DNA of 64,000 nt from an uncultured Verrucomicrobiota bacterium (GCA_964522665.1 CAZFVY010000011.1:9564-73563), one strand, 5' to 3'. Positions 18,512-28,855 are shown, counted from the stretch's first letter. Numbers and translations are program-made. The notes: generated by a model from the sequence alone, not told the origin.

Positions 18512-19783
18512 TCATCGCAACACCGCGCGAAAACATCGTTTCGTGGCGCCAGTGGCCAACGGAAGTGAAACCTCGGTCGATTCCGCGTTCGCGGTCGTCG
18601 AGAATTCCAAGCGCCAGGCCGCCAGATCGTCCGAGCTTTCAATGGCGAACTTTGATCCGACGGGAGCGATAAGATCGAACGTGAACAAGCCATCGGCGCC
18701 GAGGCGAGGGTTTTGCAACTGAGGCGCCGCCTGGAAAGCGCTGACCGCGAAGACGCCCGCCGTCAGGGACCCTCGCGGTTTCGTGAAGATTAGGCCGGTA
18801 ATTCGTTTCTGGTTGAGTCCCAACGCGCGCAGATCATACGAATTCTCGTACAAACCGAAGCCCAGATCATTGGCCCCGCCCGCCTCATACGAGAACGCGG
18901 CGCCGTTCGAGTTATTGCGGGCCAATCCTTGCACCGCCCGGAAGGGATGAGTGTCGAGATTGTCGTTAAACCCGCCCCCGTTGAACCAGTCAGGCACGAC
19001 GACCCGGAGCGGCGGCGACTGCGAGCCGTCCTCGAACTCAAGATGAAGCGTTAGGCTCGAGGTGCCGCTTCCTCCGCTCACGGCGAGGTAGAGGCGTTCA
19101 ATCAGCGCCGGGTTTACCAAGTTTAGCGCGTTGGTGTCCGAACCTCGGAGCAGTAACACATTCGGTTGGTTGTAGGGCTGAAGTTGATACAGGACGTTGG
19201 TGGTAATCTCGCTGGTAAATTGGCGGCTTTGGGGGAGACCATCGGCATGTCCCTGAAGGTTTGCTTCGAACCAACTAGCCCCGGCGCCATCGAACGTCGT
19301 CGAAAGCGTAGAACTGGCATTCTCCGAAACCACGTCGGCATTCCAGCCGGTTAGTGGCAGCGGAGTCGCGGTGTGGATGTCCGAGCGCACCCACAATCGC
19401 GCGGCTTGACTTTGCGTGGCGCCAGTAGCGTCCCGCGCCGAGACGCGGTACGTGCCGGTGTCCGTCACCTGCGGGGCGGCGATAATGAGCGTACTATTCG
19501 TCGCGCCGGTCAGGGCGAGGCCGTTTTTCGTCCACTGATAGTCCAGGACGAGATTTGTGGCCGAGACCGCTTGGATGCTTAATTGAACGTCGGTTCCGGC
19601 AACCACCGATTGGCTCAACGGTTGGCTGACGATTAGTGGCGCGGCCAGCGAGTTGGCAGCCGCGGCAAGGGCCGCCGACACAATCCAAAGGAAGGCGCCT
19701 GCGTTCGACCGCCGGCCAGGGACGGTCCGGCCCAGTCGGCAGAGCCTCCCAAGGGCCAGCGAGCGGATGGCACGGTTCATCAT
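18512..19783 (-). CDS. Exported protein: Ig I-set-like domain, beta-sandwich domain and C-terminal 'FR' module
   Basis: Signal peptide; PLIVSQPLSQSVVAG...YQWTKNG...DTGTYRV (Ig); ends KFAIESSDDLAAW...KRCFRAVLR. Confidence 0.8.
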   Translation of the reverse strand: MMNRAIRSLALGRLCRLGRTVPGRRSNAGAFLWIVSAALAAAANSLAAPLIVSQPLSQSVVAGTDVQLSIQAVSATNLVLDYQWTKNGLALTGATNSTLIIAAPQVTDTGTYRVSARDATGATQSQAARLWVRSDIHTATPLPLTGWNADVVSENASSTLSTTFDGAGASWFEANLQGHADGLPQSRQFTSEITTNVLYQLQPYNQPNVLLLRGSDTNALNLVNPALIERLYLAVSGGSGTSSLTLHLEFEDGSQSPPLRVVVPDWFNGGGFNDNLDTHPFRAVQGLARNNSNGAAFSYEAGGANDLGFGLYENSYDLRALGLNQKRITGLIFTKPRGSLTAGVFAVSAFQAAPQLQNPRLGADGLFTFDLIAPVGSKFAIESSDDLAAWRLEFSTTANAESTEVSLPLATGATKRCFRAVLR

Positions 19784-19975
19784 TCAGCAGAGAACGATGC
19801 GAGAATCCGCGTAGAATAACAGCCAAAAGCGGGACAAATCGCACTTGTCAGTTTGCACCGATAAAGTCTCCGCTGAGTGGCCGGAGACCCTGAAGCGATT
19901 GTCTCACGCCGTGGTGAACGAAGGTTCATTTGGCGCTTTTTTCGGCGGGGCGAAGCGGCTACGCTGCCTGGCAGA

Positions 19976-20746
19976 ATGATCGTGGTCCCGGCCAACCTCC
20001 TCCGCAAAGATCGTCCCGCGCCGTTGGCGGGCGGGAAGGCGAGTCGGCGGACGGCCTTCACCCTGATCGAGCTTTTAGTGGTGATCGCGATTATCGCGAT
20101 TCTCGCGAGTCTGTTGCTGCCCGCGTTGGCTCGCGCGAAGGCCAAGAGCGCGGCGATCTTCTGCTTGAACAGCATGAAACAGATCGGCCTGGCCGTCGGG
20201 ATGTACACGCAGGATTACAAGGAGCGTCTGCCGCTCTGTGAGAACTGGGGCAAGGCCTGGGGTACGGATCATGCGCTGCGCACTGACAACATGTGGATGC
20301 CGCAGCTTTTGCAGCCATTTCTGAATCTTAAGTCCCTGCCGTTCTCCAACCTGCGAGGCTCGGCGACCAACGCGCTGCTGCCATGGATCTTCGCCTGCCC
20401 GTCCGGACTGAAGGGGAAAGACCCGGCGTCGCCGACGTTGAGTCAAACCTATTTGAATAACGATGGCGTCACCTATGTCTGGAACCACATCTATTTGACC
20501 GCGGACCGCGCCAGCTACGAAACGTCAAAGCCGGTCAGCGGCCGGCCGGATAATCAAGTCGTGGACGCGACGCGCGCGACGTTAGTCTGGGAAATGCCGT
20601 ACTGGGACGCGGGCTACATGCCGCACAACCAGGGTATCAATTTGGTGTACGCCGATAACCATGCCGCGCGATTCAAGGGCAACCCGAAGGAATTCGATTG
20701 GTGGGCCTACCACAGCCGCGATGGTTGGGAGCCGCTGACTCCCTGA
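19976..20746 (+). CDS. Prepilin-type N-terminal cleavage/methylation protein (DUF1559-like; H-X9-DN variant)
   Basis: TA|[24 protein letters not shown]; CLNSMKQIG; CPS; [14 protein letters not shown]. Start uncertain (19976 or 19877). Confidence 0.9.
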   Translation: MIVVPANLLRKDRPAPLAGGKASRRTAFTLIELLVVIAIIAILASLLLPALARAKAKSAAIFCLNSMKQIGLAVGMYTQDYKERLPLCENWGKAWGTDHALRTDNMWMPQLLQPFLNLKSLPFSNLRGSATNALLPWIFACPSGLKGKDPASPTLSQTYLNNDGVTYVWNHIYLTADRASYETSKPVSGRPDNQVVDATRATLVWEMPYWDAGYMPHNQGINLVYADNHAARFKGNPKEFDWWAYHSRDGWEPLTP

Positions 20747-20767
20747 CCGCATCCGTGATTTTTTGCG

Positions 20768-21604
20768 ATGAAACAAAAACCGAAAATGAATACGTCCGCG
20801 CCGGTCACCGGCGTTTGGGAGAATCCCGTCAAACAACTGTTGCGCGAAGGCAAGCCCGCGATCGGGCTGGTCATCTCCGTGAATCACGTCGATGTCGCCG
20901 CGCACGCCGCGAATCTCGGGTTCGACTTCCTCTGGGTGGAGATGGAGCATACGCCGGTCTCGCTCGATACTCTGCATCAGATTGTGCTCGCGACCCGAGG
21001 CTTGAAGGCGATGCCGTTCGCGCGAGTCCCGGTGAATGAGTTATGGACCGCCAAACGCATCCTCGACGCCGGGGCGATCGGCGCGATTTTCCCCTTTACG
21101 AACTCCGCTGAGCTGGCGCGACAGGCAGTGTCCGCGTGCAAGTATCCACCGCTCGGTCGCCGCGGAGCGGGCGCGGACTTGGCCGGTTTGCGGTGGGCTC
21201 CGCCGGAGGGCTATTACGACTTTGCCGATCGCAACGTGATGGTGATTACGGTTATCGAAGACGCGCGAGCGCTCGATGAGATTGATGAAATTGCCGCGAC
21301 GCCGGGAATCGACGTTATTTTCATCGGCACGAGCGATCTATCGTTTTCGCTTGGTTTGCGCGGCCGCCAGAATGAACCCAAGCTGCAGGCGGCCATCGAT
21401 AAAATCGTCGCGGCGGCGAAGAAACACAACAAGCCGTTGGGCCGACCGGCGGCGACGCCCGAGGATATCCAACGCTACATGAAAGACGGGTTCTTATTCT
21501 TCATGACTTGCACGGAATTGGGACTGATGACGTCGGGGGCGCGGCAATTGCTTGGCCCGCTCGGCAAGTCGGCGGTGGCGCCAGGGCCTCAGACGCTGCT
21601 TTAA
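20768..21604 (+). CDS. HpcH/HpaI-family aldolase
   Basis: GFDFLWVEMEH, ARVP, LDAGA, YPPLGRRG, VIED, FIGTSDLS. Confidence 0.9.
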   Translation: MKQKPKMNTSAPVTGVWENPVKQLLREGKPAIGLVISVNHVDVAAHAANLGFDFLWVEMEHTPVSLDTLHQIVLATRGLKAMPFARVPVNELWTAKRILDAGAIGAIFPFTNSAELARQAVSACKYPPLGRRGAGADLAGLRWAPPEGYYDFADRNVMVITVIEDARALDEIDEIAATPGIDVIFIGTSDLSFSLGLRGRQNEPKLQAAIDKIVAAAKKHNKPLGRPAATPEDIQRYMKDGFLFFMTCTELGLMTSGARQLLGPLGKSAVAPGPQTLL

Positions 21605-21721
21605 CAACTCCCCGGGGCGGACGAGTCCGATCCTGCGGTGACGATTCCGAGCTGCTCCTGCCGACCTCAATCATAACGTGCGTTAACGATCGGCGCTGTC
21701 ACGCCATCGCAAACCGAAACG

Positions 21722-21815
21722 GCGGTGGGGCGAGGCTCCGCCGAGCCGTGGAAGGTTCGATCAGGCCGCTTTCGACCGAAATTAGTCACGGCTCGCGCGA
21801 GCCTCGCCCCACCGC
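21722..21815. repeat. REP-like inverted repeat with 29-bp arms between convergent genes
   Basis: GCGGTGGGGCGAGGCTCCGCCGAGCCGTG (21722-21750) and CACGGCTCGCGCGAGCCTCGCCCCACCGC (21787-21815): 26/29 complementary. Confidence 0.8.
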
Positions 21816-21833
21816 GATCCCGGTTACACCCGA

Positions 21834-24023
21834 TTAGCGGGCGGCGGAATTCACCGGTGGTCGAGCGGTCGCCGCCTTGTCCAACGCGTCCAAGACAACG
21901 CCTGGGGTCAAAAGCGCGGGCAGGACCTGCGGCGCGGCGTTGGTGTCACTCGGATAGACTAGGACCAAAGGGACCCCGGCGCGGGCGAACTTTTTCAATT
22001 CGGCGGTAATAGCGTCGTTATAGTCCGTGTAATCGCCGATGAGCGCCAGCGCGTTGATCGTCTTAAGCTTGGCGCGGACGGAGGGGATTTCAATACTGGT
22101 GCGCGCGTTGACCTTGCAACTGAGACACCAGTCCGCGGTGAAATCGACGAAGACCGGCCGACCGGCCGCGCGCGCCTGAGCGACCGCTTCGGCGTTCCAA
22201 ACTTCCCACGCGATGCCATCGGCGTCGCGATTGCGGGCGTCGCGAGACGCCGCCGCGGGCGGGGTCCGCCAATGCATGCCATCTTCAAGGGAGTAACCGT
22301 AGCTCACGGCAAGCAACAGGACGCACACGGCGCCCGCCAGCCCTCGGCGTTTGAAACCGCGCTGAATGAATTCGCCCCAAATCCAGGCGACGAGCGCCAG
22401 TGAGACGAGAAATAGGCCGAGCCAAAGAACCCCGTCTTTGCCGAAGCGCGCGGTGGCCAGCGTGAACAGCCAGATGGCGGTGGCCAGCATTGGGAAGCCC
22501 ATCGCCACTTTGAATTTCTGCATCCATACCCCCGGCTTGGGCAGCAGTTTTAGCCACGCGGGATGCCAACTCAACACGACGTACGGGGCCGCGAGTCCGA
22601 GGCCGACGAATGAAAACATCAGGAGTATGATCGCGGGCGACTGGCTGAAAGCGAATCCGAGCGCGACCGCCAGGAAGGGAGCGGTGCAGGGGGTCGCCAG
22701 GACGGTCGCGAGAACGCCGTTAAAGAATGCGCCGGCGTTGCCTTCTTTGGCCGCCAACTCACCCGCGGCGTTCATGGCGCCACCGCCGAGCGTGACCTCG
22801 AAGACGCCGAACAGGTTCAACGCCACCAAGGTGACCAGAATCGTGATGCCGATCAGGAACTGAGGATTCTGAAACTGCATTCCCCAATTGGCGGTGCGGC
22901 CGGCTTGTTGAACGCCGATCACGATCGCCGCCAAGACCCAGAACGAAACCAGGACTCCGAGGCCGTACATCAGGCCCAGTTTTCGCATCGTATGGCCGCT
23001 TCGTTTCGACTGGCTGACAAAGCTCAGGATTTTCAGCGCAATTACGGGCAGGACGCAGGGCATGATATTGAGAATCAAGCCGCCGAGAAACGCGAAGCCA
23101 AGCATCACCAAAAGAGAATTCGCCGCGGGGGCGGGTGAGTCTGGATTTGTTGGCGGTTGGGACGTTTCACCCGCTGTCGTGCCTTCGTTGCTGGCGATCA
23201 TCAACGTGGCCTCCATCGCGGCGGTCGGTTGGTCGGAGCCGGGTTGTTCAATTAAAAGACCGGGCAACTGGGTCGGCCACGCTTTCGTGTCCGCAGGCTT
23301 TTTGATGAGCTTGCGGACGCGGACTTGGCCGGGTTCGGCCGGGATTAGATCGACGGCGGCTTGGACATCGTAGGGGTCGCCGCTGTAGGGAAAGAAGTCC
23401 GCCTCTTTCAGCGGCGCGGCGGTCGCCCACTGGATGAGCAGCGACCGGCTATCGCCCTTCGCGGGACCTTCCCACCACGCCCGCGCGGCGAGGCCGGATC
23501 GGGTCTGCGGTATTTTTTGTTCTCCCGCCCTGATCAACTCGGCGTCGGGGCTTGGCTGCGAGACGGAACCCACTTCGAGGCTGGCCGCGACAGAGGCTTT
23601 GCCCGGGAGGCAGATATCTTTGCACTCCAGCCAGACGACGGTTGCTTTGAGGTCCAATTTGCCCGGGGCGAGGTTGTTCGTCAGCTTGAGGGGGACCAGC
23701 AAAAGGACGTCGCCATAATAGACATAGGTGGTGATCCCGGACTCGGTCAGTTTTTGGGGGGCGGGCCAGCGAATTTCACCCGCCTCAACACCGGCCGGCA
23801 GCGACCATGCAATCGTGGTCGGCTGGCCGGAGTCGCCGCCAAAACGCCAGTAGGTATGCCAACCGAGGGGGGCTTTAAGCTCGACCGCGGCTAAGACCGT
23901 CTCGCCGGGGCGCGCCACCGCGGCGGCGACGAGGAGCCGGGTTTCAGATTTGCCCTCAGCGGCCTCGAGTGACGCCAACGGGAGCAATGCCAGCAAGACA
24001 AGTAAGCTGAACCGAGACTTCAT
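21834..24023 (-). CDS. dsbD: DsbD-family thiol:disulfide interchange protein with N-domain, TM domain and thioredoxin
   Basis: GWHTYW, ECKDICLPG, IMPCVLPV, ATPCTAPF, DFTADWCLSCKVN, GVPL. Confidence 0.92.
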   Translation of the reverse strand: MKSRFSLLVLLALLPLASLEAAEGKSETRLLVAAAVARPGETVLAAVELKAPLGWHTYWRFGGDSGQPTTIAWSLPAGVEAGEIRWPAPQKLTESGITTYVYYGDVLLLVPLKLTNNLAPGKLDLKATVVWLECKDICLPGKASVAASLEVGSVSQPSPDAELIRAGEQKIPQTRSGLAARAWWEGPAKGDSRSLLIQWATAAPLKEADFFPYSGDPYDVQAAVDLIPAEPGQVRVRKLIKKPADTKAWPTQLPGLLIEQPGSDQPTAAMEATLMIASNEGTTAGETSQPPTNPDSPAPAANSLLVMLGFAFLGGLILNIMPCVLPVIALKILSFVSQSKRSGHTMRKLGLMYGLGVLVSFWVLAAIVIGVQQAGRTANWGMQFQNPQFLIGITILVTLVALNLFGVFEVTLGGGAMNAAGELAAKEGNAGAFFNGVLATVLATPCTAPFLAVALGFAFSQSPAIILLMFSFVGLGLAAPYVVLSWHPAWLKLLPKPGVWMQKFKVAMGFPMLATAIWLFTLATARFGKDGVLWLGLFLVSLALVAWIWGEFIQRGFKRRGLAGAVCVLLLAVSYGYSLEDGMHWRTPPAAASRDARNRDADGIAWEVWNAEAVAQARAAGRPVFVDFTADWCLSCKVNARTSIEIPSVRAKLKTINALALIGDYTDYNDAITAELKKFARAGVPLVLVYPSDTNAAPQVLPALLTPGVVLDALDKAATARPPVNSAAR

Positions 24024-24029
24024 GCTGGG

Positions 24030-24058
24030 AACATACCGCGACCGCGGCTGAATTTGAA
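24030..24058 (-). promoter_or_regulatory. Leaderless-type promoter for dsbD
   Basis: Minus strand TTCAAA-N17-TATGTT, then 6 nt to ATG 24023. Confidence 0.5.
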
Positions 24059-24092
24059 ACTAATTATCCGGCGAACCGGGCGAGTTTGTCCC

Positions 24093-24122
24093 TTGCGCGG
24101 CGCGGCGCCGCCCCGCTATGCT
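24093..24122 (+). promoter_or_regulatory. Leaderless-type promoter for the liv operon
   Basis: TTGCGC-N18-TATGCT, then 6 nt to ATG 24129. Confidence 0.55.
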
Positions 24123-24128
24123 TGGCGC

Positions 24129-25295
24129 ATGAAAATCGGTATTCACGGCGGACGTTGGTGGGCGGGGTTGGGCCTGGCAATGACCCTGGTTTTATCGGGC
24201 TGTGGCAAGTCGGGCGGGGGAGGCGGCGCCAGTGAGGGCGAGTTCATTAAAGTAGGCGAGTACGCGTCGTTGACCGGCACCGAGGCATCCTTCGGCCAGT
24301 CGTCACACGAAGGCACCCAATTGGCCGTGGATGAAATAAACGCAAGCGGCGGGTTGCTCGGCAAACAAATCAAATTGATCGTCGAAGACGACCAATCCAA
24401 AGCCGGCGAACCGGCGACGATTGTCCGCAAATTGATTTCGCGCGACAACGTCGTCGCGGTCCTTGGCGAGGTCGCCTCCGGGCGTTCGATGGAAGCGGGT
24501 CCGATCTGTCAGCAGGCGAAGATCCCGATGATCTCGCCCTCCTCGACGAATCCCAAAGTGACCGAGATCGGCGACTACATTTTCCGGGTCTGTTTCATTG
24601 ATCCATTTCAGGGCAAGGTGATGGCGGCGTTCGCCAAGAACACGCTCAAGCTGAAGAAGCTCGCGATGTTGACTGACGTGAAATCCGCCTACAGCGTGGG
24701 CTTGGCGCAGTTTTTCAAGGAACAGTTCCTGCGGGATGGCGGCACGTTGGTCGCCGAGGAGAAATACACTGGCGGAGACAAGGATTTCAGCGCGCAACTC
24801 ACCGCGATCAAGGCGTCGAGTCCCGAGGGGATTTTCGTTCCCGGTTATTATACCGAAGCCGGGTTGATCTGTTTGTCGGCGCGCCGGCTCGGTCTGAACA
24901 TCCCGATCTTTGGAGGCGATGGTTGGGAGTCGCCGAAGCTGATCGAAATCGGCGGGAAGGCCGTGGAGGGTACGTATTATTCGACCCATTATTCGCCGGA
25001 GGACGAGTCACCCGCGGTGCAGGGCTTCGTAAAAAAATTCCGGGCGCGTTTCAAGGAAGTGCCGGACGCGATGGCGGCGCTCGGCTACGACTCGGCGATG
25101 GTGTTGGCTGACGCGATCAAACGGGCGAATTCGACGGAGGGTTCCAAGGTACGAGACGCCATCGCGGCAACCAAGGATTTTCAGGGCGTGACCACGAAAA
25201 CGACCATTGACGCGAACCGCAACGCCACCAAACCGGCGGTCATCATCACGGTCAAAGACGGCCAGTTCAAATACGTGGATAAGGTGGCGCCATGA
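24129..25295 (+). CDS. livK: Branched-chain amino acid ABC transporter substrate-binding lipoprotein
   Basis: Lipobox VLSGC; SLTG, AVDEINASGGLLG, DDQS, PMISPSSTNP, FRVCFIDPFQG, YDSA. Confidence 0.9.
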   Translation: MKIGIHGGRWWAGLGLAMTLVLSGCGKSGGGGGASEGEFIKVGEYASLTGTEASFGQSSHEGTQLAVDEINASGGLLGKQIKLIVEDDQSKAGEPATIVRKLISRDNVVAVLGEVASGRSMEAGPICQQAKIPMISPSSTNPKVTEIGDYIFRVCFIDPFQGKVMAAFAKNTLKLKKLAMLTDVKSAYSVGLAQFFKEQFLRDGGTLVAEEKYTGGDKDFSAQLTAIKASSPEGIFVPGYYTEAGLICLSARRLGLNIPIFGGDGWESPKLIEIGGKAVEGTYYSTHYSPEDESPAVQGFVKKFRARFKEVPDAMAALGYDSAMVLADAIKRANSTEGSKVRDAIAATKDFQGVTTKTTIDANRNATKPAVIITVKDGQFKYVDKVAP

Positions 25296-25357
25296 CCGGC
25301 CGGGGGAACTGCGGAATTGGCTGCGAATTTGCCGACTAGGCCGCCGGGAAACGTGAA

Positions 25358-26263
25358 TTGAGAGAATTTCTTCAACAACTGATCAACGGCCTGTCGCTTG
25401 GTTCGATCTTTGCCCTGATCGCGCTGGGCTACACGATGGTGTATGGGGTGCTGCGCTTCATCAATTTTGCCCACGGTGACGTCTTCATGGTCGGGGCGTT
25501 CGCCGGGTACTACCTGGCGCCGCTAGTCGGCAAGTTTTTCACATGGCCCTCACTGCCGGGCGGCTTGCTGGTGCTGCTGATCTCGATGTTAATTTGCGCG
25601 ATCCTGGGGATCGTCATTGAGAAGCTGGCTTATCGTCCCTTGCGGCAACGGCCGAAGCTTACCGTGCTCATCACGGCGATCGGCGTTTCGCTTTTCCTGG
25701 AGTATGCCGGGCAGAAGTTCTTCGGCGCGAACCCGCAGAAATTTCCGGAGTTGATCCCGAACCGGGAAATGCAGTTTTTTGGCGAGTTGGTCATCACGAC
25801 CAATCAGATTCTCGTCTTGGGCGTCACGATCCTGCTGTTGACCGCGCTCCGTTTCATCGTGATGAAAACGCGCATGGGATTGGCGATGCGGGCGCTGTCG
25901 TTCAACGCGGAGGCGGCCTCGCTGATGGGGGTTGATATCGATGGAGTGATCTCGTTCACGTTCGGTTTGGGTTCGGCGTTGGCGGCGGCCGGCGGAATCC
26001 TTTACGCGCTGAACTACCCGTCGATTGATCCGCTCATGGGCATTCTGCCCGGCTTGAAGGCGTTCGTCGCCGCGGTGCTGGGCGGCATTGGCAATCTGCC
26101 GGGAGCAGCGTTGGGTGGCGTGCTTTTGGGGACGCTGGAAACATTGGTGTCGGGCTACATCTCCTCGACCTATCGGGACGCGATTGCGTTCACGGTTCTG
26201 ATTTTGATTCTGCTCTTTAAACCGTCCGGGCTGCTGGGCAAGGCGGAGATCGAAAAGGTCTGA
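25358..26263 (+). CDS. livH: Branched-chain amino acid ABC transporter permease
   Basis: NGLSLGSIFALIALGYTMVYGVLRFINFAHG, GLKAFVAAVLGGIG. Confidence 0.95.
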   Translation: MREFLQQLINGLSLGSIFALIALGYTMVYGVLRFINFAHGDVFMVGAFAGYYLAPLVGKFFTWPSLPGGLLVLLISMLICAILGIVIEKLAYRPLRQRPKLTVLITAIGVSLFLEYAGQKFFGANPQKFPELIPNREMQFFGELVITTNQILVLGVTILLLTALRFIVMKTRMGLAMRALSFNAEAASLMGVDIDGVISFTFGLGSALAAAGGILYALNYPSIDPLMGILPGLKAFVAAVLGGIGNLPGAALGGVLLGTLETLVSGYISSTYRDAIAFTVLILILLFKPSGLLGKAEIEKV

Positions 26264-26265
26264 AG

Positions 26266-27258
26266 ATGAAGCGGCCCCAACTGATCCTGCTGGCGGCCGC
26301 GGTGGTCAGCTTCTTGATTTCAGCGGTTTCGTCGAAGATCAACCCGTACTTTCTGGACGTCATCATCGGTATTGGGATCAATATCATTTTGGCGGTCAGC
26401 CTCAATTTGATTAATGGATACGCCGGGCAATTCTCGTTGGGACACGCCGGATTTATGGCAATCGGCGCCTACACCGCCGCGGCGATCACGACTTTTCTCG
26501 GGCCGCGATTGCTACCCATGCTTGGTGGCTCCGCCAGTCCCGTGGCGGCGGCGCTGCTATTTCTTTTCGCGTTGGGCAGCGGCGGCGCGGCGGCGGGATT
26601 GGCTGGCTTCGTGGTGGGCGTGCCTTGCCTTCGGCTCAAGGGCGATTATTTGGCGATTGCGACGCTTGGCTTTGGGGAAATCATCCGGGTTATTCTGCAA
26701 AACATGGATTCCGTGGGAGCATCGCGCGGGTTTAGCGTCTCGTTGCCGTACACGACGTTTTTCTGGACCTTTATGCTGGCCTCGGTGACGACCTATGTCG
26801 TTTATACGCTCGTGCATTCGACGTACGGCCGCGGATTCCTGGCGGTGCAGGACGATGAGATCGCCGCGGAGGCGATGGGGATCAACACGACGCGATACAA
26901 AGTGACGGCGTTCGTCATTGGTTCGTTTTTCGCCGGGGTCGCGGGCGGCCTCTACGCCCACTTCAAGATGTTTCTCGTGCCGGAGGGTTTCAATTTCATG
27001 AAATCGATTGAAATCGTCGTCATGGTCATCCTGGGCGGAATGGGCCACATGGTCGGCGTGATCATCGCGGCGATTGTGTTGACGTTGCTGCCGGAGTTTT
27101 TGCGGTCGGTGTCAGAATATCGGATGATCATCTATTCGCTGTTGTTGATCGTGCTCATGTTGACTTGCCCACAGGGAATGTCCCAGATTTGGGTCCGCCT
27201 GGCCGGTTCTTGGAAGCGGAATAAGGCGGTCCCGCCGGGAGCGACCCCCAAACCTTGA
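26266..27258 (+). CDS. livM: Branched-chain amino acid ABC transporter permease
   Basis: GYAGQFSLGHAGF, RLKGDYLAIATLGFGEI, DEIAAEAMGIN, VILGGMG. Confidence 0.95.
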   Translation: MKRPQLILLAAAVVSFLISAVSSKINPYFLDVIIGIGINIILAVSLNLINGYAGQFSLGHAGFMAIGAYTAAAITTFLGPRLLPMLGGSASPVAAALLFLFALGSGGAAAGLAGFVVGVPCLRLKGDYLAIATLGFGEIIRVILQNMDSVGASRGFSVSLPYTTFFWTFMLASVTTYVVYTLVHSTYGRGFLAVQDDEIAAEAMGINTTRYKVTAFVIGSFFAGVAGGLYAHFKMFLVPEGFNFMKSIEIVVMVILGGMGHMVGVIIAAIVLTLLPEFLRSVSEYRMIIYSLLLIVLMLTCPQGMSQIWVRLAGSWKRNKAVPPGATPKP

Positions 27259-27270
27259 ACCGCGCGCGCG

Positions 27271-28080
27271 ATGCCTGCCAACGAACCTTCCTCCGCGCTG
27301 CTTCGCCTCGATAAATGCACGATTCGTTTCGGGGGATTGACGGCGGTATCGGAGTTGGACCTGGCGATCGGGCCGCGCGAATTGATCGGCTTAATCGGTC
27401 CGAACGGCGCCGGCAAGACGACCGTGTTCAACATGATCACTGGCGTCTATCAGCCCACCAGCGGCGTGATCCGGTTCTCGGGTGAACCGACCGCGGGCTG
27501 CCGGCCTTATGAAATTACCGGGCGCGGAATTGCTCGCACTTTCCAAAACATCCGCTTGTTTCCGTCGTTGAACGTTTTCGACAATGTCCGGGTCGCGTTT
27601 CAACTCCATCTCGAGGGCGGGGTGACGTCGGCGGTATGGCGCGGGCGTGGCTTTCGCGAACGGGAGCGGGAGGTCGAGGCGCGGGTAATGGAAATCCTCG
27701 AGATTTTTCATTTGGGGCGCTTTCGGGACGCGCCCGCCAAAAGCCTGCCGTACGGCGACCAGCGGCGTTTGGAAATCGTTCGGGCCTTGGCGACGGGGCC
27801 GAAACTGTTGCTTTTGGACGAACCAGCCGCCGGGATGAACCCGACCGAAAAGGTCGAATTGGTCAAATTAATCCAATTCGTGCAGGAGAAGTTCCAGATC
27901 GCCGTGATGTTGGTCGAGCATGATATGAAGGTGGTTATGGGCGTGTGCCAGCGGATCATCGTATTGGATTACGGAGTCAAGATCGCGGAAGGCTCGCCGA
28001 CGGACGTCCGCTGCAACCCGAAGGTGATTGCCGCCTATCTGGGCGACGGGCAGTTGAACATCGCTGGCGCCGGCGGTTAA
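27271..28080 (+). CDS. livG: Branched-chain amino acid ABC transporter ATPase
   Basis: GPNGAGKTT, ARTFQNIRLF, YGDQRRLEI, LLDEPAAG, VEHDM. Confidence 0.95.
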   Translation: MPANEPSSALLRLDKCTIRFGGLTAVSELDLAIGPRELIGLIGPNGAGKTTVFNMITGVYQPTSGVIRFSGEPTAGCRPYEITGRGIARTFQNIRLFPSLNVFDNVRVAFQLHLEGGVTSAVWRGRGFREREREVEARVMEILEIFHLGRFRDAPAKSLPYGDQRRLEIVRALATGPKLLLLDEPAAGMNPTEKVELVKLIQFVQEKFQIAVMLVEHDMKVVMGVCQRIIVLDYGVKIAEGSPTDVRCNPKVIAAYLGDGQLNIAGAGG

Positions 28081-28128
28081 CCGAAGCACGAGTCAAGAAT
28101 CGCCGAACCAAACGCGAACCAAAGCGCC

Positions 28129-28836
28129 ATGCTCGAAGTCAACAATCTGGCGGTCAATTACGGCGTCATTACGGCGCTGGACGGGATTTCGATTAAGGTC
28201 GAACGCGGCCAAATCGTGACGCTGATTGGCGCCAACGGCGCGGGCAAGACGACCACGCTCAAGACGATTTCAGGGCTTTTGAGGACTCGCGCCGGCAAGG
28301 TCGTCTATGACGGACAGGAGATTACCAACTTGCCGGCGCACCAAATCGTTCGCCGCGGTCTCTCGCAAGTACCCGAGGGGCGAATGATCTTCGCCAATCT
28401 GACCGTGCTCGAGAACTTGAAAATGGGCGCCTATTTGCAGAGAAATCATGGGGTGATTCAACGCGAGATGGAGTCGGTGTTCGCCATTTTCCCCCGCTTG
28501 AAAGAACGGGAGAAGCAAGTGGCCGGAACGCTCTCGGGCGGCGAGCAACAGATGCTGGCGATTGGCCGGGCGTTGATGAATCAACCGAAGTTCCTCATGC
28601 TGGACGAGCCTTCGCTCGGCATCGCGCCGCTGCTGGTCAAGGCGATCTTCGAGAAAATAGTGGAGATTAATCGCCGCCACGGGATCACGATTCTGCTGGT
28701 CGAACAAAACGCCAACTTGGCGCTCGAAGTCTCGCACTACGGTTACGTGCTCGAAACTGGACGGATCATCCTGCAAGGCAAGTCATCCGAATTGCGGCAA
28801 AGCCCGCAGGTCAAGAGCGCCTATTTGGGAGGGTGA
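28129..28836 (+). CDS. livF: Branched-chain amino acid ABC transporter ATPase
   Basis: GANGAGKTT, VPEGRMIF, LSGGEQQMLA, LDEPSLG, VEQNA. Confidence 0.95.
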   Translation: MLEVNNLAVNYGVITALDGISIKVERGQIVTLIGANGAGKTTTLKTISGLLRTRAGKVVYDGQEITNLPAHQIVRRGLSQVPEGRMIFANLTVLENLKMGAYLQRNHGVIQREMESVFAIFPRLKEREKQVAGTLSGGEQQMLAIGRALMNQPKFLMLDEPSLGIAPLLVKAIFEKIVEINRRHGITILLVEQNANLALEVSHYGYVLETGRIILQGKSSELRQSPQVKSAYLGG

Positions 28837-28855
28837 GGGCCGGGCGGGCGATCGC

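Noticed and set aside
18439-18693. 85-aa N-terminal extension of BioB (and similar extensions of GcvP, LivK, LpxD and the beta-helix protein)
   Set aside because: Overlaps neighbouring genes or promoter motifs and has non-protein-like composition; internal ATGs fit family starts better.
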